Shown: in pieces, positions 43,130-52,238 of the stretch | How positions within the stretch are numbered: position 1 is the stretch's first letter | How the letters are laid out: each line of letters opens with the position of its first letter | Origin: Actinomycetota bacterium | GTDB taxonomy: Bacteria > Actinomycetota > Actinomycetes > S36-B12 | Assembly: GCA_027729805.1 (NCBI GenBank) | Contig: JAQCEO010000003.1 | Span: forward strand, 6,302-70,301 | DNA: 64,000 bases | Direction of reading: 5' to 3' | Translations under genes and position numbers: made by a program | Notes under the pieces: generated by a model | Told to the model about the DNA's origin: nothing | The model's database searches: none | The model's input: the letters and a program-made list of their open reading frames with translations, nothing else

Positions 43130-46100
43130 TTAATTCAAACAGGTCGGGCCGAGTAGTGCCTTTAGATCCCCATAAAGTGACGAGGAAGGCGTAACCCGCA
43201 ATTTGTCATCGAGCCGCAACACGGTGGTGCTCACCCCACCGGTCAGGTGCAGATTTACTTCAGTGGTACCGGGATGGCCCGCGAGTATCTCCTTAAGTTT
43301 TTCAACCAAGGGTGGGATGCAGCGAGTTGCTGGCATCGTAAGACGCAATGGACCGGTAGCGGCTTCACTTAAATCCGGCACCGAGATATCTATTGCTACC
43401 ACGCGAACGCCATCGTCATCACTGCGATCGACTCGCCCCCTGACCACCACGACTACGTCTTCGACAAGGGACGTGCTAACCGGCTGGTAGGTCTGTGGGA
43501 AAACCATGATCTCAACCGAACCCTCAAGATCCTCCAGCGTGATGATCGCCCATGACGAGCCCTGCTTGGTAGTCTTGCGCTGCACACTGGTGATGAGACC
43601 GCCAATGGTTGCCGCACTTGAATCGGCTCTTTCATCATGAAATAGCTCGGCTATTGATCGATCGGTGAGCCCCGCCAAGGCGCGCTCGGCACCGTGCAGG
43701 GGATGATCAGATACGTACAGCCCGAGCATTTCGCGCTCATGTGCCAAAAGTACGGATTTCTCCCACTCCCCCAACGAAATCTCGAGCTGGGGCACGAGGG
43801 CCGAATGACCTTGGGCTTCGAGGCCACCAAAAAGATCGAATTGACCAATTGCCTCAGCGCGCTTGATATCGACCGCAGCATCGACAACCTCTTCGTGCAC
43901 TTGCACCAAGCCCTTGCGGGTATGCCCGAAGGAGTCAAAAGCCCCTGCTTTTACTAGCGACTCAACTACCCGCTTATTGCAAACCGAGACTTCGACTTTT
44001 GCAATGAAATCATGGAAGCTTTCGAATCGACCCACTCGGCGCCGGGTAGCAATTATGGCATCCACAACATTACCGCCCACATTTCGGATCGCCGATAGCC
44101 CAAAACGGATATCGGTGCCCCGTGGGGTGAAGTCAAAATCCGAATCATTCACATCGGGAGGCAGAACTTTAATTCCCATTCGACGGCACTCATTTAGGTA
44201 GATCGCCGAACGATCCTTATCATCCTTGACCGAGGTAAGCAGTGCGGCCATGTACTCAGCTGGATAGTTAGCCTTTAGGTAGGCGGTCCAATAGGAGACC
44301 ATCCCGTAGCCCGCGGTGTGTGCCTTATTGAAGGCGTAGTCAGAAAATGGCACCAAGATTTCCCATAGCCGCGCGATCGCTTCATCGGAGAAATTATTGG
44401 CGTGCATACCGGCCTCGAATGGTACGAATTCCTTCTTCAGGATTTCGCGCTTCTTCTTGCTCATCGCCCGCCGTAATAGATCGGCTTTGCCTAGGGAATA
44501 CCCAGCTAGTTTCTGGGCGATGGCCATGACCTGCTCTTGGTAGACAATCAAGCCGTACGTGTCGCCAAGGATCTGCGCAAGTGGTTCCGCTAGCTCGGGG
44601 TGAATCGGCAGCACCGGCTTGCGGCCATTTTTTCGGTCGGCATAGTCATTGTGCGCATTAGCGCCCATCGGCCCGGGTCGATAAAGGGCCAAGACCGCGG
44701 AGATATCCCCGAAACTATCTGGCTGCATTGACCGAAGCAGTGCGCGCATCGGGCCGCCGTCAAGCTGGAATACCCCAAGTGTGTCGCCGCGTGCCAACAA
44801 CTCAAAGGTTGAGGCATCATCAAGGGTTAGGTCCTCGAGCACCACGACTTCGGATCTATTCCCCTCGATGTACTTCAGGCAATCATCAAGAACCGTCAGG
44901 TTGCGCAGCCCAAGGAAATCCATCTTCAGCAAACCAAGCGCCTCGCAGGCACCCATATCAAATTGAGTGATGATGGCACCATCTTGATCGCGACGCCATA
45001 CCGGAATCACGTCCATTAATGGTTCCCGACACAAAATAACTCCGGCGGCATGAACACCGGGTTGTCTTTTCAAACCCTCAAGACCGCGAGCGGTATCGAC
45101 AATTCGCCTTGCCTCGGCATCGCCCTCGTATAAGGCTCGAAATTCGGCAGCCTCGCTGTAGCGAGCATCCTTCGGGTCAAATACACCGGCTAGTGAGATG
45201 TCCTTGCCCATAACCGCCTGCGGCATGGACTTGGTGATGCGATCACCAAGTGCATAGGGGTAACCCAACACCCGCGCACTGTCTTTGATAGCGGCCTTGG
45301 CCTTGATGGATCCATAAGTGATGATTTGAGCAACATGGGCTTCACCGTATTTATCGGTCGCGTACCGGATCATGTCGGAACGGCGACGTTCATCGAAGTC
45401 AATATCAATATCGGGCATCGAGACCCGCTCCGGATTCAAAAATCGTTCGAACAGCAACCCATGGCGAATCGGATCAAGGTCGGTGATACCTAGGGCATAG
45501 GCCAGCATCGAACCGGCGGCCGAGCCACGGCCTGGGCCCACTCGAATCCCATTGGTCTTGGCGAATCGCACCAGGTCGGCGACCACGAGGAAATAGCCCG
45601 GGAACCCCATTTGGCAAATTACCCCGACTTCATAGGTGGCTTGCGCGCGAACGTTTTCGGGGATGGTGGCGCCGAAACGATGATGTAAGCCGATTTCGAC
45701 CTCCTTAACCAGCCAAGACTCCTCTGACTCACCTTCGGGCACCGGCGATTGCGGCATCAAGTTCGCACCTTCGGCGAACTCAACATTGCAGCGTTCGGCA
45801 ATCAAGAGCGTGTTATCGCAGGACTCTGGAATTTCACGCCAAAGGGTGCGCATCTCCTGTGAACTCTTCAGGTAAAACTCTTGTGAATTGAATCTAAAAC
45901 GCTTCGGATCATCCATTGTCGTACGGGTGCCTATGCAAAGCAGCACATCATGGGTCGCGGCATCAGCCGCGTGCACATAATGCAGGTCATTGGTGGCAAC
46001 TATCGGTAGTTCTAAGGTGTGCGCTATCCGTAGCAGATCCTCGCGGAACCGTTGCTCAATTGCGAGTCCGTGCTCCATTACCTCGCAAAAATAGTTACCC

Positions 46101-46663
46101 GCCCCCAAGATGTCGCGGAAGTCGGCGGCTGCGGCCAGTGCCTTCTCATATTGGCCGGCTTGTAGCCACCGATTAACCTCACCACTCGGGCAACCGGTAG
46201 TGCCGATAAGTCCCTTGCCGTATCTTTCCAAGAGTTCTCGGTCAAAGCGCGGCTTGTGGTAGTAACCCTCCAGACTCGCAAGTGACGAAAGTCTAAACAG
46301 GTTATGCAGCCCCGCGGTGTTTTCCGCCCACAAAGTCATATGGGTGTAACTGAATTTTCCGCGACCGGCGGTTGGGTCCTCCGGAGTGCCTTCGTCGAAT
46401 CCGCCACCGAAATCAAATGGTCGGCGCTCGAACCGCCCCTGCGGCGCGTAGTAGCCCTCTAGTCCGATAATTGGCTTTACGCCATGCTCGCGCGCGGTTT
46501 TATAAAAGTCGTAGGCACCGTAGAGATTGCCGTGATCAGTCATGGCGATGGCTGGCATGTTGAGCTTGGCTGCCTCGTACATTAAATCCCCAAGGCGCGC
46601 AGCTCCATCCAGCATTGAGAATTCGGTATGCACATGTAGATGTACAAACGGATCCTCAGTCAT
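43130..46663 (-). CDS. dnaE: DNA polymerase III alpha subunit
   Basis: 1177 aa. PHP domain (FVHLHVHTEFSMLDG), palm/fingers blocks (PDIDIDF, RVGPGRGSAAGS) and a C-terminal OB fold. Confidence 0.97.
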   Translation of the reverse strand: MTEDPFVHLHVHTEFSMLDGAARLGDLMYEAAKLNMPAIAMTDHGNLYGAYDFYKTAREHGVKPIIGLEGYYAPQGRFERRPFDFGGGFDEGTPEDPTAGRGKFSYTHMTLWAENTAGLHNLFRLSSLASLEGYYHKPRFDRELLERYGKGLIGTTGCPSGEVNRWLQAGQYEKALAAAADFRDILGAGNYFCEVMEHGLAIEQRFREDLLRIAHTLELPIVATNDLHYVHAADAATHDVLLCIGTRTTMDDPKRFRFNSQEFYLKSSQEMRTLWREIPESCDNTLLIAERCNVEFAEGANLMPQSPVPEGESEESWLVKEVEIGLHHRFGATIPENVRAQATYEVGVICQMGFPGYFLVVADLVRFAKTNGIRVGPGRGSAAGSMLAYALGITDLDPIRHGLLFERFLNPERVSMPDIDIDFDERRRSDMIRYATDKYGEAHVAQIITYGSIKAKAAIKDSARVLGYPYALGDRITKSMPQAVMGKDISLAGVFDPKDARYSEAAEFRALYEGDAEARRIVDTARGLEGLKRQPGVHAAGVILCREPLMDVIPVWRRDQDGAIITQFDMGACEALGLLKMDFLGLRNLTVLDDCLKYIEGNRSEVVVLEDLTLDDASTFELLARGDTLGVFQLDGGPMRALLRSMQPDSFGDISAVLALYRPGPMGANAHNDYADRKNGRKPVLPIHPELAEPLAQILGDTYGLIVYQEQVMAIAQKLAGYSLGKADLLRRAMSKKKREILKKEFVPFEAGMHANNFSDEAIARLWEILVPFSDYAFNKAHTAGYGMVSYWTAYLKANYPAEYMAALLTSVKDDKDRSAIYLNECRRMGIKVLPPDVNDSDFDFTPRGTDIRFGLSAIRNVGGNVVDAIIATRRRVGRFESFHDFIAKVEVSVCNKRVVESLVKAGAFDSFGHTRKGLVQVHEEVVDAAVDIKRAEAIGQFDLFGGLEAQGHSALVPQLEISLGEWEKSVLLAHEREMLGLYVSDHPLHGAERALAGLTDRSIAELFHDERADSSAATIGGLITSVQRKTTKQGSSWAIITLEDLEGSVEIMVFPQTYQPVSTSLVEDVVVVVRGRVDRSDDDGVRVVAIDISVPDLSEAATGPLRLTMPATRCIPPLVEKLKEILAGHPGTTEVNLHLTGGVSTTVLRLDDKLRVTPSSSLYGDLKALLGPTCLN

Positions 46664-46684
46664 TTACCCACCTTAACTTTCCGG

Positions 46685-47644
46685 TCATGCGCCTTCCTGC
46701 AGGCGCCCCAGCGCCACCTTCAGATCAGCTGGATATTGACTTTCGACGCAAATCCACTCCCCGCTGCCCGGATGCTTGAACCCCAACCGCACCGCATGTA
46801 ACCACTGTCGCTTCAACCCCAACTTCGCTGCCAGCACCGGATCTGCACCATATGTCAGGTCACCGACACAAGGGTGCCGCATAGCGGAAGTGTGCACCCG
46901 AATTTGGTGGGTTCGACCGGTTTCGAGGTGGATCTGAACCAAGGAGCCATGGGAAAATCCCTCTAAAGTTTCATAGTGCGTGATACTCGGCTTACCGCCG
47001 CTGACCACCGCAAACCGATAGTCCTGGGTGGGGTGCCGGTCAATTGGCGCGTCAATGGTGCCCCGTAATGGATCTAGGAGCCCCTGCACCACCGCGTGGT
47101 ACATCTTGTCAACTGTGCGCTCCCTAAATTGCCTTTTTAGACTGGAATAGGCGCGCTCACTCTTGGCCACCATCATCAACCCCGAGGTGCCAACATCGAG
47201 CCGGTGCACCACGCCCTGCCGCTCAGCCGCCCCCGACGTTGCGATCTGGTGCCCAGCGGCTGCTAGGCCGCCGGTAACGCTCGGGCCGGTCCAACCTGGG
47301 CTTGGATGGGCGGCCACACCGACCGGCTTATCGATAACGACCACGTCATCGTCCGCAAAAAGCACCCCAAGCCCTGGGTCAGCGCTACTTTCGAAGCCAC
47401 CCGCGCCACCGGTTAGTACCTGCTCATTAAGTAATTCAGTGTCGATTTGCAGTATCGCGCCGGGCTGGAGTCGATCACCTTTGGTTACCGGCCGGCCGTC
47501 GACCAGCACTCCGTTCTGACCGACTAACTCCCCGGCGCGGGTTCGGGACAGACCGAGCAGCCGCATCAGGGCAATGTCTACCCGCTCCCCGGTCAAGCCC
47601 TCGGGCACCTCGATTTGCCGGGTGGTTGTGAAGTGAGCGGTCAT
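46685..47644 (-). CDS. rluD: RluA-family 23S rRNA pseudouridine synthase (RluD-like)
   Basis: S4 domain followed by the HRLDVGTSGLMMVAKS catalytic block. The ATG at 47644 forms an ATGA overlap with the lspA stop. The 103 extra N-terminal codons in the track ORF (to 47953) overlap lspA and are Arg/His/Cys-rich frame noise. Confidence 0.9.
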   Translation of the reverse strand: MTAHFTTTRQIEVPEGLTGERVDIALMRLLGLSRTRAGELVGQNGVLVDGRPVTKGDRLQPGAILQIDTELLNEQVLTGGAGGFESSADPGLGVLFADDDVVVIDKPVGVAAHPSPGWTGPSVTGGLAAAGHQIATSGAAERQGVVHRLDVGTSGLMMVAKSERAYSSLKRQFRERTVDKMYHAVVQGLLDPLRGTIDAPIDRHPTQDYRFAVVSGGKPSITHYETLEGFSHGSLVQIHLETGRTHQIRVHTSAMRHPCVGDLTYGADPVLAAKLGLKRQWLHAVRLGFKHPGSGEWICVESQYPADLKVALGRLQEGA

Positions 47645-48174
47645 TTGGTGGCAGCCACCGAGACCGGCGTCCCTTTGTAATCCACGCCAAATAGCGTTAG
47701 TGCAACCATGAGGATGGCAGCACCAACTACACACATATCCGCAACGTTGAACACCGGCCAATATGGCAGTTGGATGAAATCGACGACGTACCCCCGGCCC
47801 ACCCCAGGTGCCCGGGTCAGCCGATCGATGAGGTTGCCGATGGCACCGCCGAGTAAGCCACCGAGCGCAACGGCCCACCACATACTTCCAAGGCGCGTCG
47901 CGGTGCGAATGATGACGATGACCACGATGATGGCAATCAACGAAAAGATCCACGTCACACCGGTACCCAGGCTAAAAGCCGCACCGGTATTTTCAGTGTA
48001 AGTCAATTGCAACCAGGTGCCCGCCAACTGGATCGGGCCCTCGCCAGCTGTCACCATGCGCGGGCGCATAGTGGAAACCGCCCAGTTTTTCGTCCACTGA
48101 TCAAGAGCTATCACGGTCACCGCAACCATCGCAAGTACGATTATGCTTTTCGAGTTGATATTGCGCGAAGTCAC
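47641..48174 (-). CDS. lspA: Lipoprotein signal peptidase (signal peptidase II)
   Basis: 177 aa. Four TM helices, with NTGAAFS and FNVADMCV catalytic-Asp blocks. Confidence 0.93.
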   Translation of the reverse strand: MTSRNINSKSIIVLAMVAVTVIALDQWTKNWAVSTMRPRMVTAGEGPIQLAGTWLQLTYTENTGAAFSLGTGVTWIFSLIAIIVVIVIIRTATRLGSMWWAVALGGLLGGAIGNLIDRLTRAPGVGRGYVVDFIQLPYWPVFNVADMCVVGAAILMVALTLFGVDYKGTPVSVAATK

Positions 48175-48232
48175 CCTGACACTCTACGGGGGCTGCGGCC
48201 ACCTGACTTCACGGTGCCAGCACTTCGGGCTC

Positions 48233-48943
48233 TTAGTAGCGCTCCTCGGCTTGTTTACAAACAAGGCACAAAGTCGCCCGCGGGAACGCCTGCAGTCGGT
48301 ACTTGCCGATGGGCTTACCGCAGGACTCACAAACGCCGTAAGTGCCGTCAGTTATCCGAGCTAGGGCATGGTGCACCTGCAGCAGCATGTCGCGGGCATT
48401 ATTCGCCAGGGACATCTCGTGCTCACGTTCAAAAGTCTTGCTACCGGCATCTGCTTGGTCATCACCTGCACCATCACCGGAATCTTGAATCAGGGCCACG
48501 AGGCCTTCCTCTGCCGAGATTATTTCCTCTTCCAGGCGCATCACCTCTAGGCCCAATCCGGCGCGCACCTCACGTAATTCCGCTGCCGTCCATGGGGTTT
48601 CATCCTCCCGAACTACCGGCCGCTTACGCACCACCGGTTTCTTCACCGGCTGCTTTTGGCCCGCTAACGGCTTCTTAGCCGGGACCGCCTTCTTCGCCGG
48701 CACCTTCTTCGCCGGCGCCTTCTTAGCCGGGACCGCCTTCTTCGCCGGCGCCTTCTTAGCCGGGACCGCCTTCTTCGCCGGCACCTTCTTAGCCGGGACC
48801 GCCTTCTTCGCCGGCGCCTTCTTAGCCGGGACCGCCTTCTTCGCCGGGACCGCCTTCTTCGCCGGCGCCTTCTTAGCCGGGACCGCCTTCTTCGCCGGCG
48901 CCTTCTTATTCTTAGCCGGCATTACTTTCTTTGTGGCCACCAT
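48233..48943 (-). CDS. TraR/DksA-family C4 zinc-finger protein with an N-terminal lysine/alanine/proline histone-H1-like repeat domain
   Basis: The C-terminus reads ...GTYGVCESCGKPIGKYRLQAFPRATLCLVCKQAEE (DksA C4 finger), preceded by a coiled-coil segment. The N-terminal ~100 aa hold 14 (A/V)PAKK units. The preferred start is the ATG at 48943, preceded by GAGGTAGGGGG. The track start at 48988 is a TTG. Confidence 0.85.
   Translation of the reverse strand: MVATKKVMPAKNKKAPAKKAVPAKKAPAKKAVPAKKAVPAKKAPAKKAVPAKKVPAKKAVPAKKAPAKKAVPAKKAPAKKVPAKKAVPAKKPLAGQKQPVKKPVVRKRPVVREDETPWTAAELREVRAGLGLEVMRLEEEIISAEEGLVALIQDSGDGAGDDQADAGSKTFEREHEMSLANNARDMLLQVHHALARITDGTYGVCESCGKPIGKYRLQAFPRATLCLVCKQAEERY
48671..48901. 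repeat. In-frame tandem repeat of 14 units (15 or 18 bp; 33-bp composite period) inside the DksA-like gene
   Basis: The units are cttcttagccgggaccgc (18 bp) and cttcttcgccggcgc/cttcttcgccggcac (15 bp), following each other without spacers from 48671 to 48901. They encode the (A)VPAKK/APAKK units on the minus strand. Confidence 0.9.
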
Positions 48944-49094
48944 GCCCCCTACCTCAGACCTTGATCGTGCCGGACTATAGATGCCCAAGGCCCAGATCCA
49001 ACCGCACCGCGCCGCAGCGGGCCACTTGGGCCAGTAATCGGGCCGATATCCTGACTATTACTCGAACCATCGCCTAACTTCGGAAAGGATCTTT

Positions 49095-52000
49095 ATGTAC
49101 CGGCCCGTCCCAGCTCAGGTTGACCTGCCTGCGCTGGAGCACGAGGTACTGGCAATGTGGGAGCGGGAGGGCGTTTTCGCCGCCTCGGTGGCCCAAAGTC
49201 AGGGCAAACCCCCCTGGGTCTTCTACGAGGGCCCACCAACGGCCAATGGCACCCCCGGCACCCACCATGTTGAGGCCCGGGTTTTCAAGGACGTCTTTCC
49301 GCGCTACCGGACCATGAAGGGCTTCCACGTCCCCCGCCAGGCCGGCTGGGATTGCCACGGCCTCCCGGTTGAACTTTTCGTCGAAAGGGAACTTGGGTTC
49401 ACCGGCAAGCAGGATATCGAGGCTTATGGGGTGGCGGAGTTCAACTCCCGCTGCCGCGAGTCGGTACTTAGGCACGTCGATGAATTCACCGAGATGACCA
49501 GGCGTATGGGCTACTGGGTTGACACCGATGCCGCCTACTGGACCATGGACCCGGAGTACATACAAAGTGTTTGGTGGTCGCTCAAGCAGATTTTTGACAA
49601 GGGCCTACTAGTTCAAGATCACCGGGTGGCGCCTTATTGTCCGCGCTGCGGCACCGGCCTATCTGATCATGAACTCGCCCAAGGCTACGAAAGCGTTATC
49701 GACCCTTCGGTATATGTGCGGTTCCCGGTGACCAATGCTGAATTCCTTGAGCGTTACCCAGGCGCCGCATTCCTAGTCTGGACAACAACACCTTGGACCT
49801 TGGTGGCCAATACCGCCATCGCGGCGAAACCCACCGCCGACTACGCCGTGGTGAAAACGGCAGCCGGCGAAACCCTCGTGGTGGGAACCGCGCTGCTCGA
49901 GCAGATCTTCGAAGAGCCAATAACTGTCTTGGCCACAATGACCGGCACTGAACTTGAAAACCTCACCTACCAGCGACCATTTGACTATGTTGAAATCCCT
50001 GATGCGCATTACGTGGTTCTCGCCGACTATGTCACTACCGAGGATGGCACCGGTTTAGTACATCAAGCACCCGCTTTCGGTGCCGAGGACTTAATTACTT
50101 GTCGCGCCTATGGGTTACCAGTGGTGAATCCGGTTATGCCCGACGGCCATTTCGCCCCGGCTATCCCCGTGGTTGGCGGTGAGTTCTTCAAGAAAGCCGA
50201 CGCCGGCCTCATCAGGACCTTAAAAGCATCCGGCTTGATGTTCAAACATGTGGACTACGAGCACTCGTACCCACATTGCTGGCGCTGCCACACACCGCTG
50301 ATCTATTACGCGCAGCCCTCTTGGTACATCAAGACCACCGCCATCAAGGATCAACTCCTGGCCCAAAACGAACAAACCAATTGGTTTCCTACCAGCATCA
50401 AGTGGGGCCGCTATGGCGACTGGTTGAACAACAACGTCGATTGGGCACTGTCGCGTAACCGCTATTGGGGCACGCCGCTGCCAATTTGGCGGTGCCCAGA
50501 TGGGCACCTCACCGCCGTTGCCTCGATGGCCGAACTAAGTGAACTCGCCGGTAAAGATGTAAGTTCCATCGACCCGCACCGGCCATATGTCGACGACATC
50601 ACCATGCCCTGCCCCACCTGCGGGCTCGCCGCAAGGCGCGTACCTGAGGTTATTGACTGTTGGTACGACTCGGGTGCAATGCCATTTGCCGCTGTCGGCT
50701 ACCCCCTACAAAATGCGGAAACCTTCCGGAACCAATATCCGGCTGACTTCATCTGCGAGGCGATAGATCAAACACGCGGATGGTTCTACACCCTGATGGC
50801 CATCGGGACATTGGTCTTCGAAGAGTCGTCCTATAAAAATGTTGTTTGCCTCGGCCACATTCTCGACGAGGACGGTCGCAAGATGTCCAAGCATCTTGGC
50901 AATGTGCTCGAGCCGATTGGTTTGATGAACGAACACGGAGCCGATGCCTTGCGCTGGTTCATGCTGGCAAGCGGCTCACCTTGGCAGGCGCGCCGTGTTG
51001 GGCACGCTGCGATTGGCGATGTGGTGCGCAAAACCCTCCTGACCTATTGGAACACCGTTTCCTTCCTGTCGCTATATGCCAGGCTTTCGAAGTGGGAGCC
51101 GGTCGATCTTGCACCTGCACCGTCACAGCGCCCGGTCATCGACCGTTGGGTGCTCTCGGAAGCAAACCAACTCGCCCGTGACGTGGATGCGGCCCTGGAG
51201 AAATTCGATACCCAACTCGCCGGCCGATTATTGTCGACCTTCATTGACAATCTTTCCAATTGGTATGTGCGCAGATCCCGGCGCCGCTTTTGGGATGGCG
51301 ACCCGGCTGCCTTGGCCACCTTGCACGAAGCCCTGCGCACTGCCACCTTGTGCCTCGCCCCGTTCACCCCCTTCATCACAGAACGTGTTTGGCAAGACCT
51401 CTTTCGCAGCACCGACCCCGATGCGCCCAAATCCGTGCACCTCGCAAGTTGGCCGGAAGTCACCGCCTCGGAAATCGATAAGCGCCTTGGCACCGATATG
51501 GCTCTTGTTCGCCGAATTGTCGAACTCGGCCGGGCCGCACGCGCATCAAGCGGGGTGCGTACCCGCCAACCCCTTGGGCGGGCCTTGGTATCTGCCCCCG
51601 GTTGGTCTGAGCTCTCGCAACAATTACGGGATCAAGTCTGTGAGGAACTAAATATCAGCACGGTCGAATCCCTTGATGATGGTGGTTCCGGTTTCATCGA
51701 AACCACCGTTAAAGCCAACTTTCGCTCCCTTGGGCAACGTTTCGGCAATCAAACCCCCGCCGTAGCTGGGGCTATCGGGGCCGAGGATCCCGCCGCGCTA
51801 CTCGCGGCCATGCGGAGTGCGAAATCGGCCACCTTGCTCGTCGTCGGTATCGGTGAGGTAAATCTCACCGAGGCCGACCTCGTGATCACCGAGACCGCGC
51901 GCGCGGGCTGGGCCGTCGCCGCGGATGCCGGTGAGAGCATCGCCCTAGACCTCACCATCACTGATGAGCTGCGCCGAGCTGGACTAGCACGGGAAATCGT

Positions 52001-52238
52001 GCGCGCCATTCAGGAGACACGCAAGACCTCTGGACTTGATGTCGCAGATCGCATCAGCGTCTACTGGACGAGTACTGATAACGATGTGCTCGAGGCGATG
52101 ACCGAGCACGGAGACATGATTGGGGCTGAAGTACTGGCACTTCACCTGAATCAAGTTGACGGCGACTGGCCCGAGGCTGCGATCACCGCGGTCGAAGTGC
52201 CCGAGACGAAGATCGAACTACGTATCGGTAGCGTCTGA
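49095..52238 (+). CDS. ileS: Isoleucine-tRNA ligase (long, type-2-like architecture)
   Basis: 1047 aa. HIGH-region PPTANGTPGTHH, KMSKS as RKMSKHLGN, a CP1 editing insertion and no C-terminal Cys zinc-finger tail. SD AAAGGA sits 5 nt before the ATG. Confidence 0.96.
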   Translation: MYRPVPAQVDLPALEHEVLAMWEREGVFAASVAQSQGKPPWVFYEGPPTANGTPGTHHVEARVFKDVFPRYRTMKGFHVPRQAGWDCHGLPVELFVERELGFTGKQDIEAYGVAEFNSRCRESVLRHVDEFTEMTRRMGYWVDTDAAYWTMDPEYIQSVWWSLKQIFDKGLLVQDHRVAPYCPRCGTGLSDHELAQGYESVIDPSVYVRFPVTNAEFLERYPGAAFLVWTTTPWTLVANTAIAAKPTADYAVVKTAAGETLVVGTALLEQIFEEPITVLATMTGTELENLTYQRPFDYVEIPDAHYVVLADYVTTEDGTGLVHQAPAFGAEDLITCRAYGLPVVNPVMPDGHFAPAIPVVGGEFFKKADAGLIRTLKASGLMFKHVDYEHSYPHCWRCHTPLIYYAQPSWYIKTTAIKDQLLAQNEQTNWFPTSIKWGRYGDWLNNNVDWALSRNRYWGTPLPIWRCPDGHLTAVASMAELSELAGKDVSSIDPHRPYVDDITMPCPTCGLAARRVPEVIDCWYDSGAMPFAAVGYPLQNAETFRNQYPADFICEAIDQTRGWFYTLMAIGTLVFEESSYKNVVCLGHILDEDGRKMSKHLGNVLEPIGLMNEHGADALRWFMLASGSPWQARRVGHAAIGDVVRKTLLTYWNTVSFLSLYARLSKWEPVDLAPAPSQRPVIDRWVLSEANQLARDVDAALEKFDTQLAGRLLSTFIDNLSNWYVRRSRRRFWDGDPAALATLHEALRTATLCLAPFTPFITERVWQDLFRSTDPDAPKSVHLASWPEVTASEIDKRLGTDMALVRRIVELGRAARASSGVRTRQPLGRALVSAPGWSELSQQLRDQVCEELNISTVESLDDGGSGFIETTVKANFRSLGQRFGNQTPAVAGAIGAEDPAALLAAMRSAKSATLLVVGIGEVNLTEADLVITETARAGWAVAADAGESIALDLTITDELRRAGLAREIVRAIQETRKTSGLDVADRISVYWTSTDNDVLEAMTEHGDMIGAEVLALHLNQVDGDWPEAAITAVEVPETKIELRIGSV

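Noticed and set aside
47645-47953. 103-codon N-terminal extension of the rluD ORF (His/Cys/Arg-rich), which might have looked like a metal-binding domain.
   Set aside because: It overlaps lspA in another frame. The canonical S4-domain N-terminus begins at the ATG at 47644, which forms an ATGA junction with the lspA stop. The extension has frame-noise composition.
48007-48678. 223-aa plus-strand ORF spanning the antisense of lspA and of the DksA-like gene.
   Set aside because: It crosses a real intergenic gap and two genes on the other strand. The translation is Arg/Pro/His-rich noise, with no start context.
48671-48901. Regular 33-bp periodicity that could be mistaken for a CRISPR-like or non-coding satellite array.
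   Set aside because: There are no unique spacers between the units. The array is entirely inside an ORF, in frame, and encodes the PAKK repeat. It is therefore a coding tandem repeat.
48944-49094. Canonical T-box riboswitch upstream of ileS.
   Set aside because: The conserved T-box core (AGGGUGGNACCGCG) and the UGGN tRNA-acceptor bulge are not present by eye. I report only a weak 'structured leader' hypothesis in the findings.
49074-49565. 163-aa minus-strand ORF overlapping the ileS 5' end, co-oriented with the DksA-like gene.
   Set aside because: It lies antisense to the most conserved part of ileS (the HIGH region), and no motif is recognisable. Its start would be inside ileS, with no SD.
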